DNA of 31,870 nucleotides, from NCBI GenBank assembly GCA_965644495.1, contig CBFFSA010000069.1, positions 1 through 31,870 on the forward strand. Direction: 5' to 3'. The notes under the pieces were generated by a model. It was not told the origin of the DNA. It worked only from the letters and a program-made list of their open reading frames with translations, and did not search any database. The position numbers were made by a program, and so were the translations under genes. Positions 17,312-27,828 of the stretch are shown in pieces (the first letter of the stretch is position 1; each line of letters starts with the position of its first letter). This stretch comes from Perkinsela sp. CCAP 1560/9. Lineage: Eukaryota > Protista > Euglenozoa: Kinetoplastea.

Positions 17312-20113
17312 TTATAAATAATTCCTTTCCCCGACCAAATAATACACGTCCGAATATCCAGGCCAACTTGGGAAAGCTGTGATAATCTCCAAACTCTGGC
17401 TTGAGAGATCAACACCTGTGATGTATCCATACCCCAACACTCGGGAATTTCGCAGGCGTTGAGAAAAACCTTCGAGAGAGACCATTTTGTCTTCTCTGTC
17501 TTCACGTAAGGTGAGGTCTGTGTCAGTTCGAATCTCTGATTTCGTGGCTGAACTTTGTAACTCAGAAGATGATGGTTTATCCATATTTTCACGTTTCTTT
17601 CGCTTGGAAGATCCTTCCTCCCGTTTTACCTGCACAAACGAGAGAATTCGTCCCATTAGATTTAAACTAAACGCCGAGATCTCTTCTACTCCAATCGCCT
17701 CGAGCAAGGAGGTCTCACCAAGAGGAAGAATCCCCTCAATTGAATCTAACCGATGAGACGCTCCAACTCGAACCAATCGATGAGAAAAACTCGAAAGGGT
17801 ACGGAGATGAGAGTGAGCACAAAATATACACGACAGAAGGCGATCAGAATCCAGATGAGACTTTTCTGTCCTAGATAACGCATGCTTTCCCTGAGAAATA
17901 AACTGTGGTTGTGATTGTTCTATTTTTGAGTCCTTTTCCACTTTGATTGTATCCTTTGCTATTTTTTTCTCTTTGCTCCATCGTAAGGTGCCGTAAAAAT
18001 ATTTACGAAGAAACGAGATGATGGAACTGGGATAGTAAAGTGTTCCATTCACTGTCGGGACAGTGACGAGTCCCATCGTGTCATAAATGCGAGAGAGATG
18101 AGGTTTAAGAATAGAAAGCGGAAGGACTTGTGATGGTTTCCCCGAGGGTTGAAGAGGAAGACTGGGGGGAGTAGAGGAAGCTGTCCTTCCCTCTTCCAAC
18201 ACAAAGGGTGAAAAAAGAGATGTGTTTTGATCCGATTCTTGCGGATACGCTCCCTCCGATGTTTTTTCACGAACGTCACAAGGAACATGACGTCCACGAA
18301 GAGGCTCGACGGCATAAAGCGAAATATCAGTCATCCCGTTGGGATTTACGCAGTGGTCCTGATAGAGCATATTCTGGAGAGAAAAGTCCTCTTCCGTTTC
18401 AGGTAAAGACACGGAGGCATTGGATGCGTTTGCCGAGTCCAGAACGTTACGTACGGGTTTAGGTGAGCATCGCTTTACCTCATGTATCAGTTGTTCATTG
18501 CCCACACAAAAAACCGTGTCAATATCAAAACTGTGAAGGACTAACGAGAGAAATGACCGCACCGTGAGGGGGGCAGAAAAGTCAATTGCTGGAGGAGACT
18601 CTTCTGTTTCGGAAATTGCCGATCTCAATCCAGAAATAGAGGAATGCTTTTCCTCATCCTCTAACGGAGTGGAAAGATCCAATGACGGAATGCGCACCAC
18701 AAGACCTCCCCATCTCTCCTTTTCTTTTGCATGTTTTACAAAATATTGCCGCGTAACGGATGCCAGTCGACGAACACACTGCACATAAAACGACCAATTT
18801 CCCTGTGGATGTGCAAATCCATAGAAAACAGAAAATGCAGGAGAATGCGTAAAAATACGACTGGGGTGAAGTGTCGCGTTAAGATGACTTACGCTCATGC
18901 TTTCGGGCAATCCTAAAAGCGGGTGGGAGGGGTCAAGGTCGACATAGGTCAAAGGATATCCCGCGCGAACACCGTAGTTGAGTAAAGCTTGTGAGAGGGT
19001 TCGTTTCCCGCTGCATGGACTTCCACAAATCATCACGCGTGGACCACAGAATGGAGCAGAGGATGAAGATGCTAGATTTGTAGAAATAGAAGAAACATTC
19101 GCATTCGAGGAGATCGATCCAAAACTTGATGAAACCGTTTGCGTTACCCTTTTTCGTGTAGTTTCTTCATTTCCTTCATCCTCCTGGTTCATCCTTTCCC
19201 TCCTGAGCACCCTTTCCTTTTGTTTTTCCCTTTCCTTTCCCACCACCGCAAATGAGGCCAGCGAAGCCAGCCCTTTTGCTTTTTCCTCCCCCTGCTGGGC
19301 GCGTCTCCGGGCACTGTGCAACACACTGTGGAGATCCACAAACACAGGCGTGTCGGAATGCGGGAGGACGGCACAAAAATTTCGTGGATCTAAGGGGTGG
19401 GTCTCTCGTTGTTGTTTTTCCCCAAAGACGGAGCGCGGGGTGGGGTAGGGGGTCGTGAGCCCTACACGCGCCACACACCCTGTCGGGGAATACACCCCAA
19501 GGTGGGAACACTCACAGGAGAAAAGATAGCGGTGTTGGAGAAACAGCTCGGCACCGAAAATTTCGGCCGTGGAGAATAAAGAAGAGCTGGGAGAGGCTGG
19601 AGAAGAAGAAACAGAAGAAGAAACCGAAGTCTTGGGGAGAGAAGAAACAGAGGCTGATCTTTCTTTTTCATGGGGTCGTTTTTTTAATCCAGCAGCTTTG
19701 GTTTGTTGTTGGGTTGCGCAGCGTGGAGAAGAGACAGTGTCTTCGTTTTCCGCCCAGGAGGAGTAGTCATCATCTTCTGTCGTTTTTTGGGGGTTTCCGA
19801 TAGAGGATGAATGCGCACTGCGTCGTGGTTTTAGAATGGTCAGATGTAAGGCAGGGGCAATGTAATCAGCTGCATACTCTCGTAGCTCCGTGCTTCCGGA
19901 GGCAGGCGTGTTCTTTTGGAGATGTGATAAAGTTTTAACACTTTCATTTGCGGGACGATCGATTGATTTAGAGGAATTATGGCTTTGATGTGTCTCGCTT
20001 TTGTGGAATGAGAAACAGTGGGGTCCTAATGGGAGAGTATTGATGCCGCAGTGCACACGCAACTCATGGCGTGGGGGAATCAGAAAGTCAACTGTAGGTC
20101 CCGAGTGAGACAT
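17312..20113 (-). CDS. CLP1: Clp1 (mRNA cleavage/polyadenylation factor, polynucleotide kinase family) with large insertions
   Basis: N-terminal HELRV...AEIFGAEL...GVYSPTGC; P-loop GPRVMICGSPCSGKRTLSQALLNYGVRAG.PLTYVDLDP; LRKYFYG; C-terminal LPLG...VLGYGYITGVD...LEIITAFP. Confidence 0.9.
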   Translation of the reverse strand: MSHSGPTVDFLIPPRHELRVHCGINTLPLGPHCFSFHKSETHQSHNSSKSIDRPANESVKTLSHLQKNTPASGSTELREYAADYIAPALHLTILKPRRSAHSSSIGNPQKTTEDDDYSSWAENEDTVSSPRCATQQQTKAAGLKKRPHEKERSASVSSLPKTSVSSSVSSSPASPSSSLFSTAEIFGAELFLQHRYLFSCECSHLGVYSPTGCVARVGLTTPYPTPRSVFGEKQQRETHPLDPRNFCAVLPHSDTPVFVDLHSVLHSARRRAQQGEEKAKGLASLASFAVVGKEREKQKERVLRRERMNQEDEGNEETTRKRVTQTVSSSFGSISSNANVSSISTNLASSSSAPFCGPRVMICGSPCSGKRTLSQALLNYGVRAGYPLTYVDLDPSHPLLGLPESMSVSHLNATLHPSRIFTHSPAFSVFYGFAHPQGNWSFYVQCVRRLASVTRQYFVKHAKEKERWGGLVVRIPSLDLSTPLEDEEKHSSISGLRSAISETEESPPAIDFSAPLTVRSFLSLVLHSFDIDTVFCVGNEQLIHEVKRCSPKPVRNVLDSANASNASVSLPETEEDFSLQNMLYQDHCVNPNGMTDISLYAVEPLRGRHVPCDVREKTSEGAYPQESDQNTSLFSPFVLEEGRTASSTPPSLPLQPSGKPSQVLPLSILKPHLSRIYDTMGLVTVPTVNGTLYYPSSIISFLRKYFYGTLRWSKEKKIAKDTIKVEKDSKIEQSQPQFISQGKHALSRTEKSHLDSDRLLSCIFCAHSHLRTLSSFSHRLVRVGASHRLDSIEGILPLGETSLLEAIGVEEISAFSLNLMGRILSFVQVKREEGSSKRKKRENMDKPSSSELQSSATKSEIRTDTDLTLREDREDKMVSLEGFSQRLRNSRVLGYGYITGVDLSSQSLEIITAFPSWPGYSDVYYLVGERNYL

Positions 20114-20513
20114 AATGTACGAATAAATAATCTGAAGAACAAGCCCACAAATCCCGTTACATTCGGAAGCAATATTAAAAATATTGAGAGATAGCAGGTT
20201 AAAGAGTCACAGATTAGAGTTGCATGTATTAAAATCAAAAACTCCCCTGACGGTTAGCTTTCACAAAGACACTTTCGTTTTTCATTGTTCACACTATTAT
20301 CACCGTCTTGATCTGCGAAATCATTTCGACCCTCTTCGCCCCCTACTTAAGAGTCCTATTTACTTATGGGTTCGGTTTTGTAGATCAAAGATATTTTTTT
20401 CTTAGCTCGACCCCTCCACCCTATTTAAGAATCCAAGCGTCCATAGTCGGCGCACTCCTAAGTAGCGGAGAAGTAATTAGATAACATATCAAAAAACAAA
20501 AATGGATGTGGTG

Positions 20514-21182
20514 TTATAAACGTAATAGCGTAGTGACTCCAGCAAGTGCACCCATTGCACAGGCAAAAGTTAAACATTGCTCAGATGAAGGCTTCTTAAA
20601 AATATATGTGCCATCTAACAAAAAGACATTGAGATCCTCGGGTAACATTTTTGAATCATACAATCCGTAAAGACCTGAATTCCCTGAGAGGTTGATGCGA
20701 CATAAGTGCTCGGATAGGTCATGGATATATACAATACCTTGAAACTTGTTCCCGTCTAAATACAGCGATCTTAACATTGAAGGGCACTGGGAAAACTTTA
20801 AGTTCCCTGTAAATTTATTGTTGGATAAAGTTATCGCCCGCATGTCCCGTGGGAATTCATCGAGTGATACAGGACCGCTTAGTTTGTTAGACGACAAGTC
20901 TAGATATGCCAATTGTTGAGGAAGGTGCCTCCAAGTCAAATTGCATCCTCGTAAATTGTGGTTATTCCAATATATGGAGCGCACATTCCCTTCGGGATTA
21001 CAGACAACCCCACTCCATTTACACGGTGGACAGGAAGAGCTCCAACTGTGATGGTAGGTTCGTATTTTTTGTATGAACATCGATAGTATAATTTCGTCAG
21101 GTTGAGAATTTAGACCGACTCTTCCTAAGCGAGATTTACGAATCAGTGGGGATTCTCTGGTTAAAACGTTAAACCTCAACAT
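20514..21182 (-). CDS. Leucine-rich repeat protein, copy 1
   Basis: CKWSGVVCN cap followed by LxxLDLSSNKLSGPV / LYLDGNKFQG repeats. The LGRV..N-terminal motif resembles the Perkinsela LRR family. Confidence 0.88.
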   Translation of the reverse strand: MLRFNVLTRESPLIRKSRLGRVGLNSQPDEIILSMFIQKIRTYHHSWSSSCPPCKWSGVVCNPEGNVRSIYWNNHNLRGCNLTWRHLPQQLAYLDLSSNKLSGPVSLDEFPRDMRAITLSNNKFTGNLKFSQCPSMLRSLYLDGNKFQGIVYIHDLSEHLCRINLSGNSGLYGLYDSKMLPEDLNVFLLDGTYIFKKPSSEQCLTFACAMGALAGVTTLLRL

Positions 21183-21325
21183 AAAGGAATATAATTTGAA
21201 ACTGAAAAAAATGTTACTTGCAATTTGTTGCCTTGTGTATAGGTAGTTTCAAGACCTTTGGCCATGAAATACTCGTAGTCCCCCACGGTAAGGGAATCGG
21301 TTTTGGGCGAAAAAGGCCAAATATA

Positions 21326-21659
21326 CAGTGCGGGATTTTGTTACGGGACACGTTAATTACGGGACAACTCAATTACGGAACACTTGGGTCTTGGAGTGAG
21401 TTTCGCTCCCACTTCCTGGAACGAAGTGTGTAGGATCGGGCTAGGCCGGCGTATTCTCCGCAAAACAGTTTTACACGCCCAAATAAGCAGTGTATAAAAA
21501 TAACAAAAAATATAGCAACAGAACCTTTAGTACAATCACTCACTACATTTCACAGATCATTTCACAGGTCAAAGCTAAGGGACACTTAATTACTGGACAC
21601 TTTTGACCAGAAAGGGGGTGTCCCTTAATTAAGGTGTCCCGTAATAATGTTCCGCACTG
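21326..21659. mobile_element. Tc1/mariner-type MITE
   Basis: TA|CAGTGCGGGATTTTGTTACGGGACAC...GTGTCCCGTAATAATGTTCCGCACTG|TA. Confidence 0.8.
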
Positions 21660-21752
21660 TAAACCATGTTCCAGGATACCTACTAGGTATACCTAGTATA
21701 CCTAGTAGGTATACTAAGTGGGCATGGGTATACTGTCCTGGAACATGGTTTA
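21660..21752. mobile_element. Short MITE-like inverted-repeat element
   Basis: 17-bp perfect inverted repeat TAAACCATGTTCCAGGA/TCCTGGAACATGGTTTA enclosing the palindrome ATACCTACTAGGTAT...ATACCTAGTAGGTAT. Confidence 0.65.
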
Positions 21753-21770
21753 GTTTTCTTCTATTAACTA

Positions 21771-22644
21771 CAGGGGGGAAATTAAGTTATGTCAACAAAA
21801 GTCATGTTAATTAACACGACTTATGTTGACACAACTTATGTTGCCACAACATATGTTCACTTTTTTACAAAACTTTGCCAATTCTTACTGTTTGCTAAAA
21901 AAACACGCCCATTGAAGAAAAGTTTCATTTAGTCACTCATTTCACAAAGAAAATTGCAAACTTCAAACGCAGTAAAATATTTATTAGAGCACGGGCCCAT
22001 TTACAGAAGATTCCAAAAAATATATTATAATTTACAAAAGACAATTACCAATCAATCGAGTGACATTTTGTAGCGGAACTCGCGCTCTTTAGCCGCTCGG
22101 ACTATCAAAGGTGACCGTTTTAAGAGTGTTGCACTTCTAGAAATTTTCTTCAGTTTTTCAATTTCTGGGTGAGATACTTTCTTACTTTTTTTCTTCGCTT
22201 TCTTACGAGCTTCTACTCAAGGTCAGTGAGTATTGTGGACCTTCCCATAGATTTTGATTTAAAGTAGCGCTCGTTTTCGGGTAGACCTTTACGTTTACTT
22301 TCGTTGTAGTGAGATAAGTATTTTGAAAAAAGGGAAACTGAATGAAACGTACCATGAACTCTTTCCGATTCGCGAGAAGCTTTGCTCGGACCCAAGCTTT
22401 TCGCCATTTGTGCCACCATGACCTTTTCCTCTAGGGAAGAAGGGTACTGCTTTGGGGTCTCTATGGAATTTAGGTCGCCCAAGACCTTTGCTTCAAGGGG
22501 GGTGAGCAAATATGCATCTATTTTATAAATAAAGAAAACAAAATCTATTTTTTAACATACTTTTGTTCCTCACCACCTTTTTCGCATTAACACGACTTTT
22601 GTTGACACAACTTTTGTTGCCACGACTTTTGTTACGATAACTTG
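21771..22644 (-). mobile_element. Internally deleted pogo/Tc1-like element with a transposase N-terminal remnant (22213..22509)
   Basis: Subterminal ~15-bp repeats (CACGACTTTTGTTG) at both ends and TA flanks. The ORF has an HTH-like region and KSMGRSTILT, similar to the GRP motif. Confidence 0.5.
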
Positions 22645-22686
22645 TATCTCTTACTGGGAGGGCACAGTAGCCGATTACGAATGGAG

Positions 22687-23355
22687 TCATAAACGTAATA
22701 GTGTAGTGACTCCAGCAAGTGCACCCATTGCACAGACTAAAGTTAAACATTGCCAAGATGAAGGCTTCTTAAAAATATATGTGCCATCTAACAAAAAGAC
22801 ATTGAGATCCTCGGGTAACCTTTTTGAATCATACCATCCGTAAAGACCTGAATTCCCTGAGAGGTTGATGCGACATAAGTGCTCGGATAGGTCATGAATA
22901 TATACAATACCTTGAAACTTGTTCCCGTCTAAATACAGCGATCTTAACATTGGAGGGCACTCAGAAAACTTTAAGTTCCCTGTAAATTTATTGTTGGATA
23001 AAGTTATCGCCCGCATGTCCCGTGGGAATTCATCGAGTGATACAGGACCGCTTAGTTTGTTAGACGACAAGTCTAGATATGCCAATTGTTGAGGAAGGTG
23101 CCTCCAAGTCAAATTGCATCCTCGTAAATTGTGGTCATTCCAAAACATAGAGCGCACTTGCCCTTCGGGATTACAGACAACCCCACTCCATTTACATGGT
23201 GAACAGGAAGATTTCCAACTGCGATGATGAGTTTCAATTTCTTGTATGAACATCGATAGCATAATTTCGTCAGGTTGAGAATTTAGACCGATTCTTCCTA
23301 AGCGAGATTTACGAATCGACAGGGATTCGCTGGTTAGAACGTTTAACCTCAACAT
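22687..23355 (-). CDS. Leucine-rich repeat protein, copy 2
   Basis: Close paralog of copy 1. The ATG at 23355 gives the same 222-aa length. Confidence 0.88.
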   Translation of the reverse strand: MLRLNVLTSESLSIRKSRLGRIGLNSQPDEIMLSMFIQEIETHHRSWKSSCSPCKWSGVVCNPEGQVRSMFWNDHNLRGCNLTWRHLPQQLAYLDLSSNKLSGPVSLDEFPRDMRAITLSNNKFTGNLKFSECPPMLRSLYLDGNKFQGIVYIHDLSEHLCRINLSGNSGLYGWYDSKRLPEDLNVFLLDGTYIFKKPSSWQCLTLVCAMGALAGVTTLLRL

Positions 23356-23646
23356 AAAGGAATAGAGTTTGAAACTGAAAAAAAATGTTACTTGTAATTT
23401 GTTGCTTTGGGTGGTTTCAAGACCTTTGGCAATGAAATACCATAGTCCCCCATCACAAGGGAATCGTTTTTTAGCGAAAAAGGCCAAATATCGGCTATGT
23501 CTCTACTTCGTTGAACGATTCAACGAACGGGTTTTGATTTTTTTTCACCGAAATTTTCTAGGATTCTGCCAGCGAAGCCCACTTCTGGAGGCAAAAGCCC
23601 CCGTCTGAGAGCAAGGCCCAACTGTGAGCGAAGCTCACTTCTGGAG

Positions 23647-23970
23647 AAAGAATTCGTGACCCTAAAAGGGCATCATACAAACCATGCGGAGGCTGCGCAT
23701 CGGACAATCAAACATTGGATAAAGCAACAACACTACAATTATGGTATGTCTTCAATGGATCTGCGCCGCAATGCGGCCTTGAAATGCGTAAAGTACGGGT
23801 ATGGGAAATCAGAGCGCAAAGAAGCACGGCAGGTGCGTTTTATTTATATACTTGAGTGCATCCGCGATTTCTACGGATGCGAGGACATTGAAATCATGAA
23901 TGATCTCAGCGATAGTTTCTGCAGCTTTTCTGAAGCTAGCCAAGAAACTCTTTCCAGTGAGGAAGAGTAA
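23647..23970 (+). pseudogene. Merlin/ISXO2-like transposase C-terminal fragment
   Basis: KEFVTLKGHHTNHAEAAHRTIK matches the FVxxxGxHTNxxE motif. Confidence 0.75.
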
Positions 23971-24174
23971 AAAAAATTGCGTGTCATACCTGGTCTATTC
24001 TTTTTCATTTTTAACTCCTTTTATACATGTATATAGATCCGTTTGTGCATAGTGTTTTGTACATTATAGGTCAGGGACATTGTTAGATATACAGTATACT
24101 TTCGTGATCTCACAATGTTGGGGTTTAGCGACCCCCACCTTTCCGAGCTACGTCCACAGCAACGTTTTTTTATA

Positions 24175-24942
24175 CACCCCTGGGCAGCTTCATTTACGCC
24201 CCCTACAGGTCTTGCATTTTGTTCGATTTCGGAAATATTTGGTATGGGACTGTTTTTCGCTGCGATCGTCTCGAATCCGCGGTCCTTTTCATGATTGGAA
24301 TAATATTTTTTTTACTAAAATGACTAGACAATTTTTGAGGGTGTACACTTTTTTTTTTGAATTTTTTTCTTGCTTTTAAATAATTTTTTACGTTTTTAAA
24401 AATGTAAATCACGCTTAGAGAACGCAAAAAAGACGCTGAATACGTATTCAATAACCAATGTGATCACCTTTCTTTTCTACCACCAATTTAAGTCGTTTGC
24501 GGAAGTCTTTAAATAGATTTCTTAATTTATCGACATGTACTCCTGATAAAACATCTTTTCAAAGTGCCGCACCCAATATCTTACTCCATTCCTGGAGATT
24601 TTGAGCTCATTAGCTACAGCACGTAGGGATTTTAGTTCCTTGTAGCGTGCTATGATGAGAGTTCGCCTTTCTGGTGAAATACGCTGATTCGGGAGGGAAG
24701 AAGCCCGATACCGTTTGACCATTGAGGAAAAACCCGAAAAAAAGTAGATTTTTCTAGGGTGGGCAAAAAAAATTGACTTTTTGGACAAAAATTTTAAGGT
24801 CTCGGAGCAAATCAAGGTCGCTCGAGTGAAAACGACCGCGGATTCGAGACGATCGAAGCGAAAAACAGTCCCATACCAAATATTTCCGAAATCGAACAAA
24901 ATACAAGACCTGTGGGGGGGTAAATGAAGCTGCCCAGGGGTG
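24175..24942 (-). mobile_element. Tc1-like element, internal deletion derivative
   Basis: ~115-bp TIRs TA|CACCCCTGGGCAGCTTC...GAAGCTGCCCAGGGGTG|TA. It retains the HTH (ISPERRTLII...SLRAVANELKISRNGVRYWV) and the Tc1 C-terminus (LFKDFRKRLKLVVEKKGDHIGY). The DDE domain is absent. Confidence 0.88.
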
Positions 24943-25240
24943 TACTTTGGTCGAACTGAGTTTTTCGGTGGTTTTACTCGGTATCGTGTAAAGCCTTGGG
25001 GTACATCTCCAGGTACAGACCAGGTATGTATTATTCTACGCGCGCTATATTATATATTTACTTTCAAATAATTTTTTAAATGCAAGTTACCAAAACAAGT
25101 GTTATCCCTTAAATAACAAAACTTTGTTTTTCCCAAAAAATCTTGCACCTAAACGGTGTTACAGGATAACATACCCACCGGTATGTTATCGTGTTACAGG
25201 TATGTTATGCTGTTACAGGTATGTTATGCTGTTACAGGTA

Positions 25241-26351
25241 CTGTGCCCCCCCCTACTTATTTGTCACCACGTTTTCAAAAAAAGGACAATTAAGTGGGGG
25301 GGTCAATTTATTTGGTTAGATGAAACAAAAGTCCCAAACTTTTTTCATTATTTTCGGAATCTCCAAAGCGTTCGGATAAAGTTGGCTTTACAGAAACGGT
25401 ATCTTTATCGTATGAGTAGTTTTTCTACCTTTCCTGTACTAGTAAAGTTTATAGTAGTAGTAGTTTCTTTTGTCAAACCGCTATAAGGTATGGGGTTTGA
25501 TAGAGCACCGACTCGTGGGGCAGGAGGCCATATTGTAACCCAAGCATCAAGGCGGCATGGGCGAGACGACCGGGATGGTGGTGGGAAATGACTGTTCGCA
25601 GTGAGGGAAGAAGGGAGTGGTGGTGGTGGGGAATGGTTGTTCGCAGGGAGGATTCCAAAATTTTACAGGCGTACTGGAAAGAACCAAAACCATTCTGCGA
25701 AAGTCTGAAGGCCATTTTTTTGGGAGTTGAATACGAATGGAAGAAGGACATTCTTTTTTGGCGAGTTCGTAGTGAAACGGTCTCATCGTGGGTGACACCA
25801 AAGTCTACTTATGATGACTTTACTGTTCGTACGGCAGTACGCTGGATTGCACGGCTCCTTTGGGTACTCAGAATCGCACGCAAACCGCTGTATGAAGTTG
25901 ATTATGCTCTGGAACTCCTCTTCGAATGTACAAGTCAGGCGCATGCCCATAATTGGGATTCAAGATTATCTAGCGTACTTCTCTTGCAATGGAACACTGG
26001 AAAATCGGATATTTTCCGATTGGCCATAGACCGAACCTGGAACCAAGCCAGCGAACCGCGCACAACAGGAGTAACTCTTTATACTGCCACAGACGCGTCA
26101 AAACTCTGTGGAAGAGGTGGACTAAGTTTCAAAGAAAAAAAACATAGCTAGGTATAGCGTATTGTGATATGAAAAACTTGAAGTAGAAAGTATATACAAA
26201 CAATACTACTTACTGACATCGGGTTCTGATACACTGTATGTATGAGGTTCGTAGGGAAAAATTGCTCCCCCCCCCAAACTACTGCCCAGTCTCGTCAAAA
26301 AGGACAATTAAGTGGGGGGGGGACTACGACAAATAAGTGGGGGGCGCACAG
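25241..26351. mobile_element. Tc1/mariner-type non-autonomous element carrying foreign sequence
   Basis: TA|CTGTGCCCCCCCCTACTTATTTGTC...GACAAATAAGTGGGGGGCGCACAG|TA. It interrupts a GTTACAGGTA|TGTTA repeat. Confidence 0.75.
25588..26151 (+). pseudogene. RT thumb / RNase H fragment (DIRS/YR-retroelement-like)
   Basis: IFLGVEYEW (RT thumb FLG motif) and LYTATDASKLCGRGG (RNase H TDAS..GxG). Confidence 0.6.
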
Positions 26352-26692
26352 TATGTTAACTTGTGTGCAACTCTGTACTTGAATGCTCATGTTGATAAGA
26401 AAACAAAAAAATGATCAGTACTACACATGAGGGGCTGCGGGTACTTCCACCGAGACCGCACCGAGACCGCGGTTAGTATTTTCGGTGGGGAGAGATAGAA
26501 AAAGAGTAAAAAGTTTACATTTGTTTATTATTTTTATGTGGAATTTCCGATTCGGTGTACGCTTCTAGCTATATTTTCCTTTGTTTCTTTGTCTGAATCA
26601 TTTTCATCCTTTCTACTAACAATAGTTCGGTTCGTTTCCCACTCAGCCGCAGTATGATTTCGATTCGATTATAAATTTAAGTTTGAAATCTA

Positions 26693-27098
26693 GGTGAAAG
26701 TAAAGGAAAATTCGCTTTTCTTATGACTTTTTAGCTTGACATTTTTCCTTTCGACAAAAGGACATTATCTACGTACATAATATTGTATATGACTATTGTA
26801 TACCCTTTTTCCGTTATTTTCTATGGTATGCCAGGGGTGTCGGGGGTTCGCTTGTCGAAGAAAGTTCACCCTCATCCGTATATCACGCCGGACGGAAGCA
26901 TAGTGCGAGCAGTGGCTTCAATGCCATGGGCTTGTCACGAGAAGGGTTTTCTGTGGAAAAAGGACACACTCATCACCAAAAGAAATGGAATTAGAGGATA
27001 GTGTGTGGCACTGTATTAAGAAATGCAAGGGTAGATTTCTAGATAGGGTGTAAAGCATTTTTTTTTGCAAAAAAGGCGAATTTTGCTTTACTTTAACC
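26693..27098. mobile_element. Non-autonomous Merlin-like element
   Basis: TIR GGT(G/T)AAAGTAAAG(G/C)AAAATTCGC with a perfect 8-bp TSD GAAATCTA at 26685-26692 and 27099-27106. Confidence 0.8.
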
Positions 27099-27229
27099 GA
27101 AATCTACAAGCGATGAAGGTGAGTGTTTATGTAGTAAAGGGTGCGGTGTAGTTGATGGTATCGAAAGCCGCAGAGAGTGGCTTAAGGAAAATATAGATGG
27201 CGTTGCCTATGAGCCTAAAAAATCAAATG

Positions 27230-27828
27230 CCGGTCGAGCAAAAAATTTGACATTTTTTTAATTTGGTCCTTCGAGCTCGCAAAAAAAGTCGGACCAATAT
27301 TTATGTGGACCAAAATTATTGGGGCCAAATTTTTCGTGCATTGAAACAAAAAAGATATATTTTCCTGGTCTCCCTCGAGGCTTGATATCGTTATTAGATT
27401 TTTCGTTTTCCAGAAAATGAAGGACCGTACTTTTAGTTTGTTTTTGCTTTGTGTGCTATTCCAGTAGCTCACAATACTAGCAACCTTTCGTGTCACACAC
27501 AATTCACAAATTGCTATAACTTCTGCCTCACTATATGTGTTATAGTGATGACCCTACATGCGTAGAGTAAATCTCTTGATCAAAGATTTTCTGCACCCAT
27601 TCAACAGACTGAGACATTACACGAAGACTAAAAAAAGAAGTGTCGATTGAAAGAAGCAAAAATTTCTAATGAGGAGTTCTAAATTTAGTAAACTTTGAAA
27701 ACGACTGACAATAAAGTCAAAAAGTATTTTGGACAGCCGCGGAAGGAAAAATAAAGTCGGACCAAAATTTATGTGGACCAAATTTGTTGGGGCCAAATAA
27801 AAGTGGACCAAATTTTCTGCTCGACCGG
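27230..27828. mobile_element. MITE-like element, probably Tc1/mariner
   Basis: TIR CCGGTCGAGCA(A/G)AAAATTTG with TG/TA flanks and internal GGACCAAA direct repeats. Confidence 0.7.

Noticed and set aside
13044-19766. Plus-strand and alternate-frame ORFs overlapping the four housekeeping genes
   Set aside because: They are shadow ORFs without recognisable motifs.
20326-20473. Degenerate MITE between CLP1 and LRR copy 1
   Set aside because: An imperfect ~20-bp inverted repeat with no TSD and a single copy in the window.
23985-25028. Extra TIR element defined by CATACCTGGTCT/AGACCAGGTATG
   Set aside because: Only a 12-bp inverted repeat with no convincing TSD.
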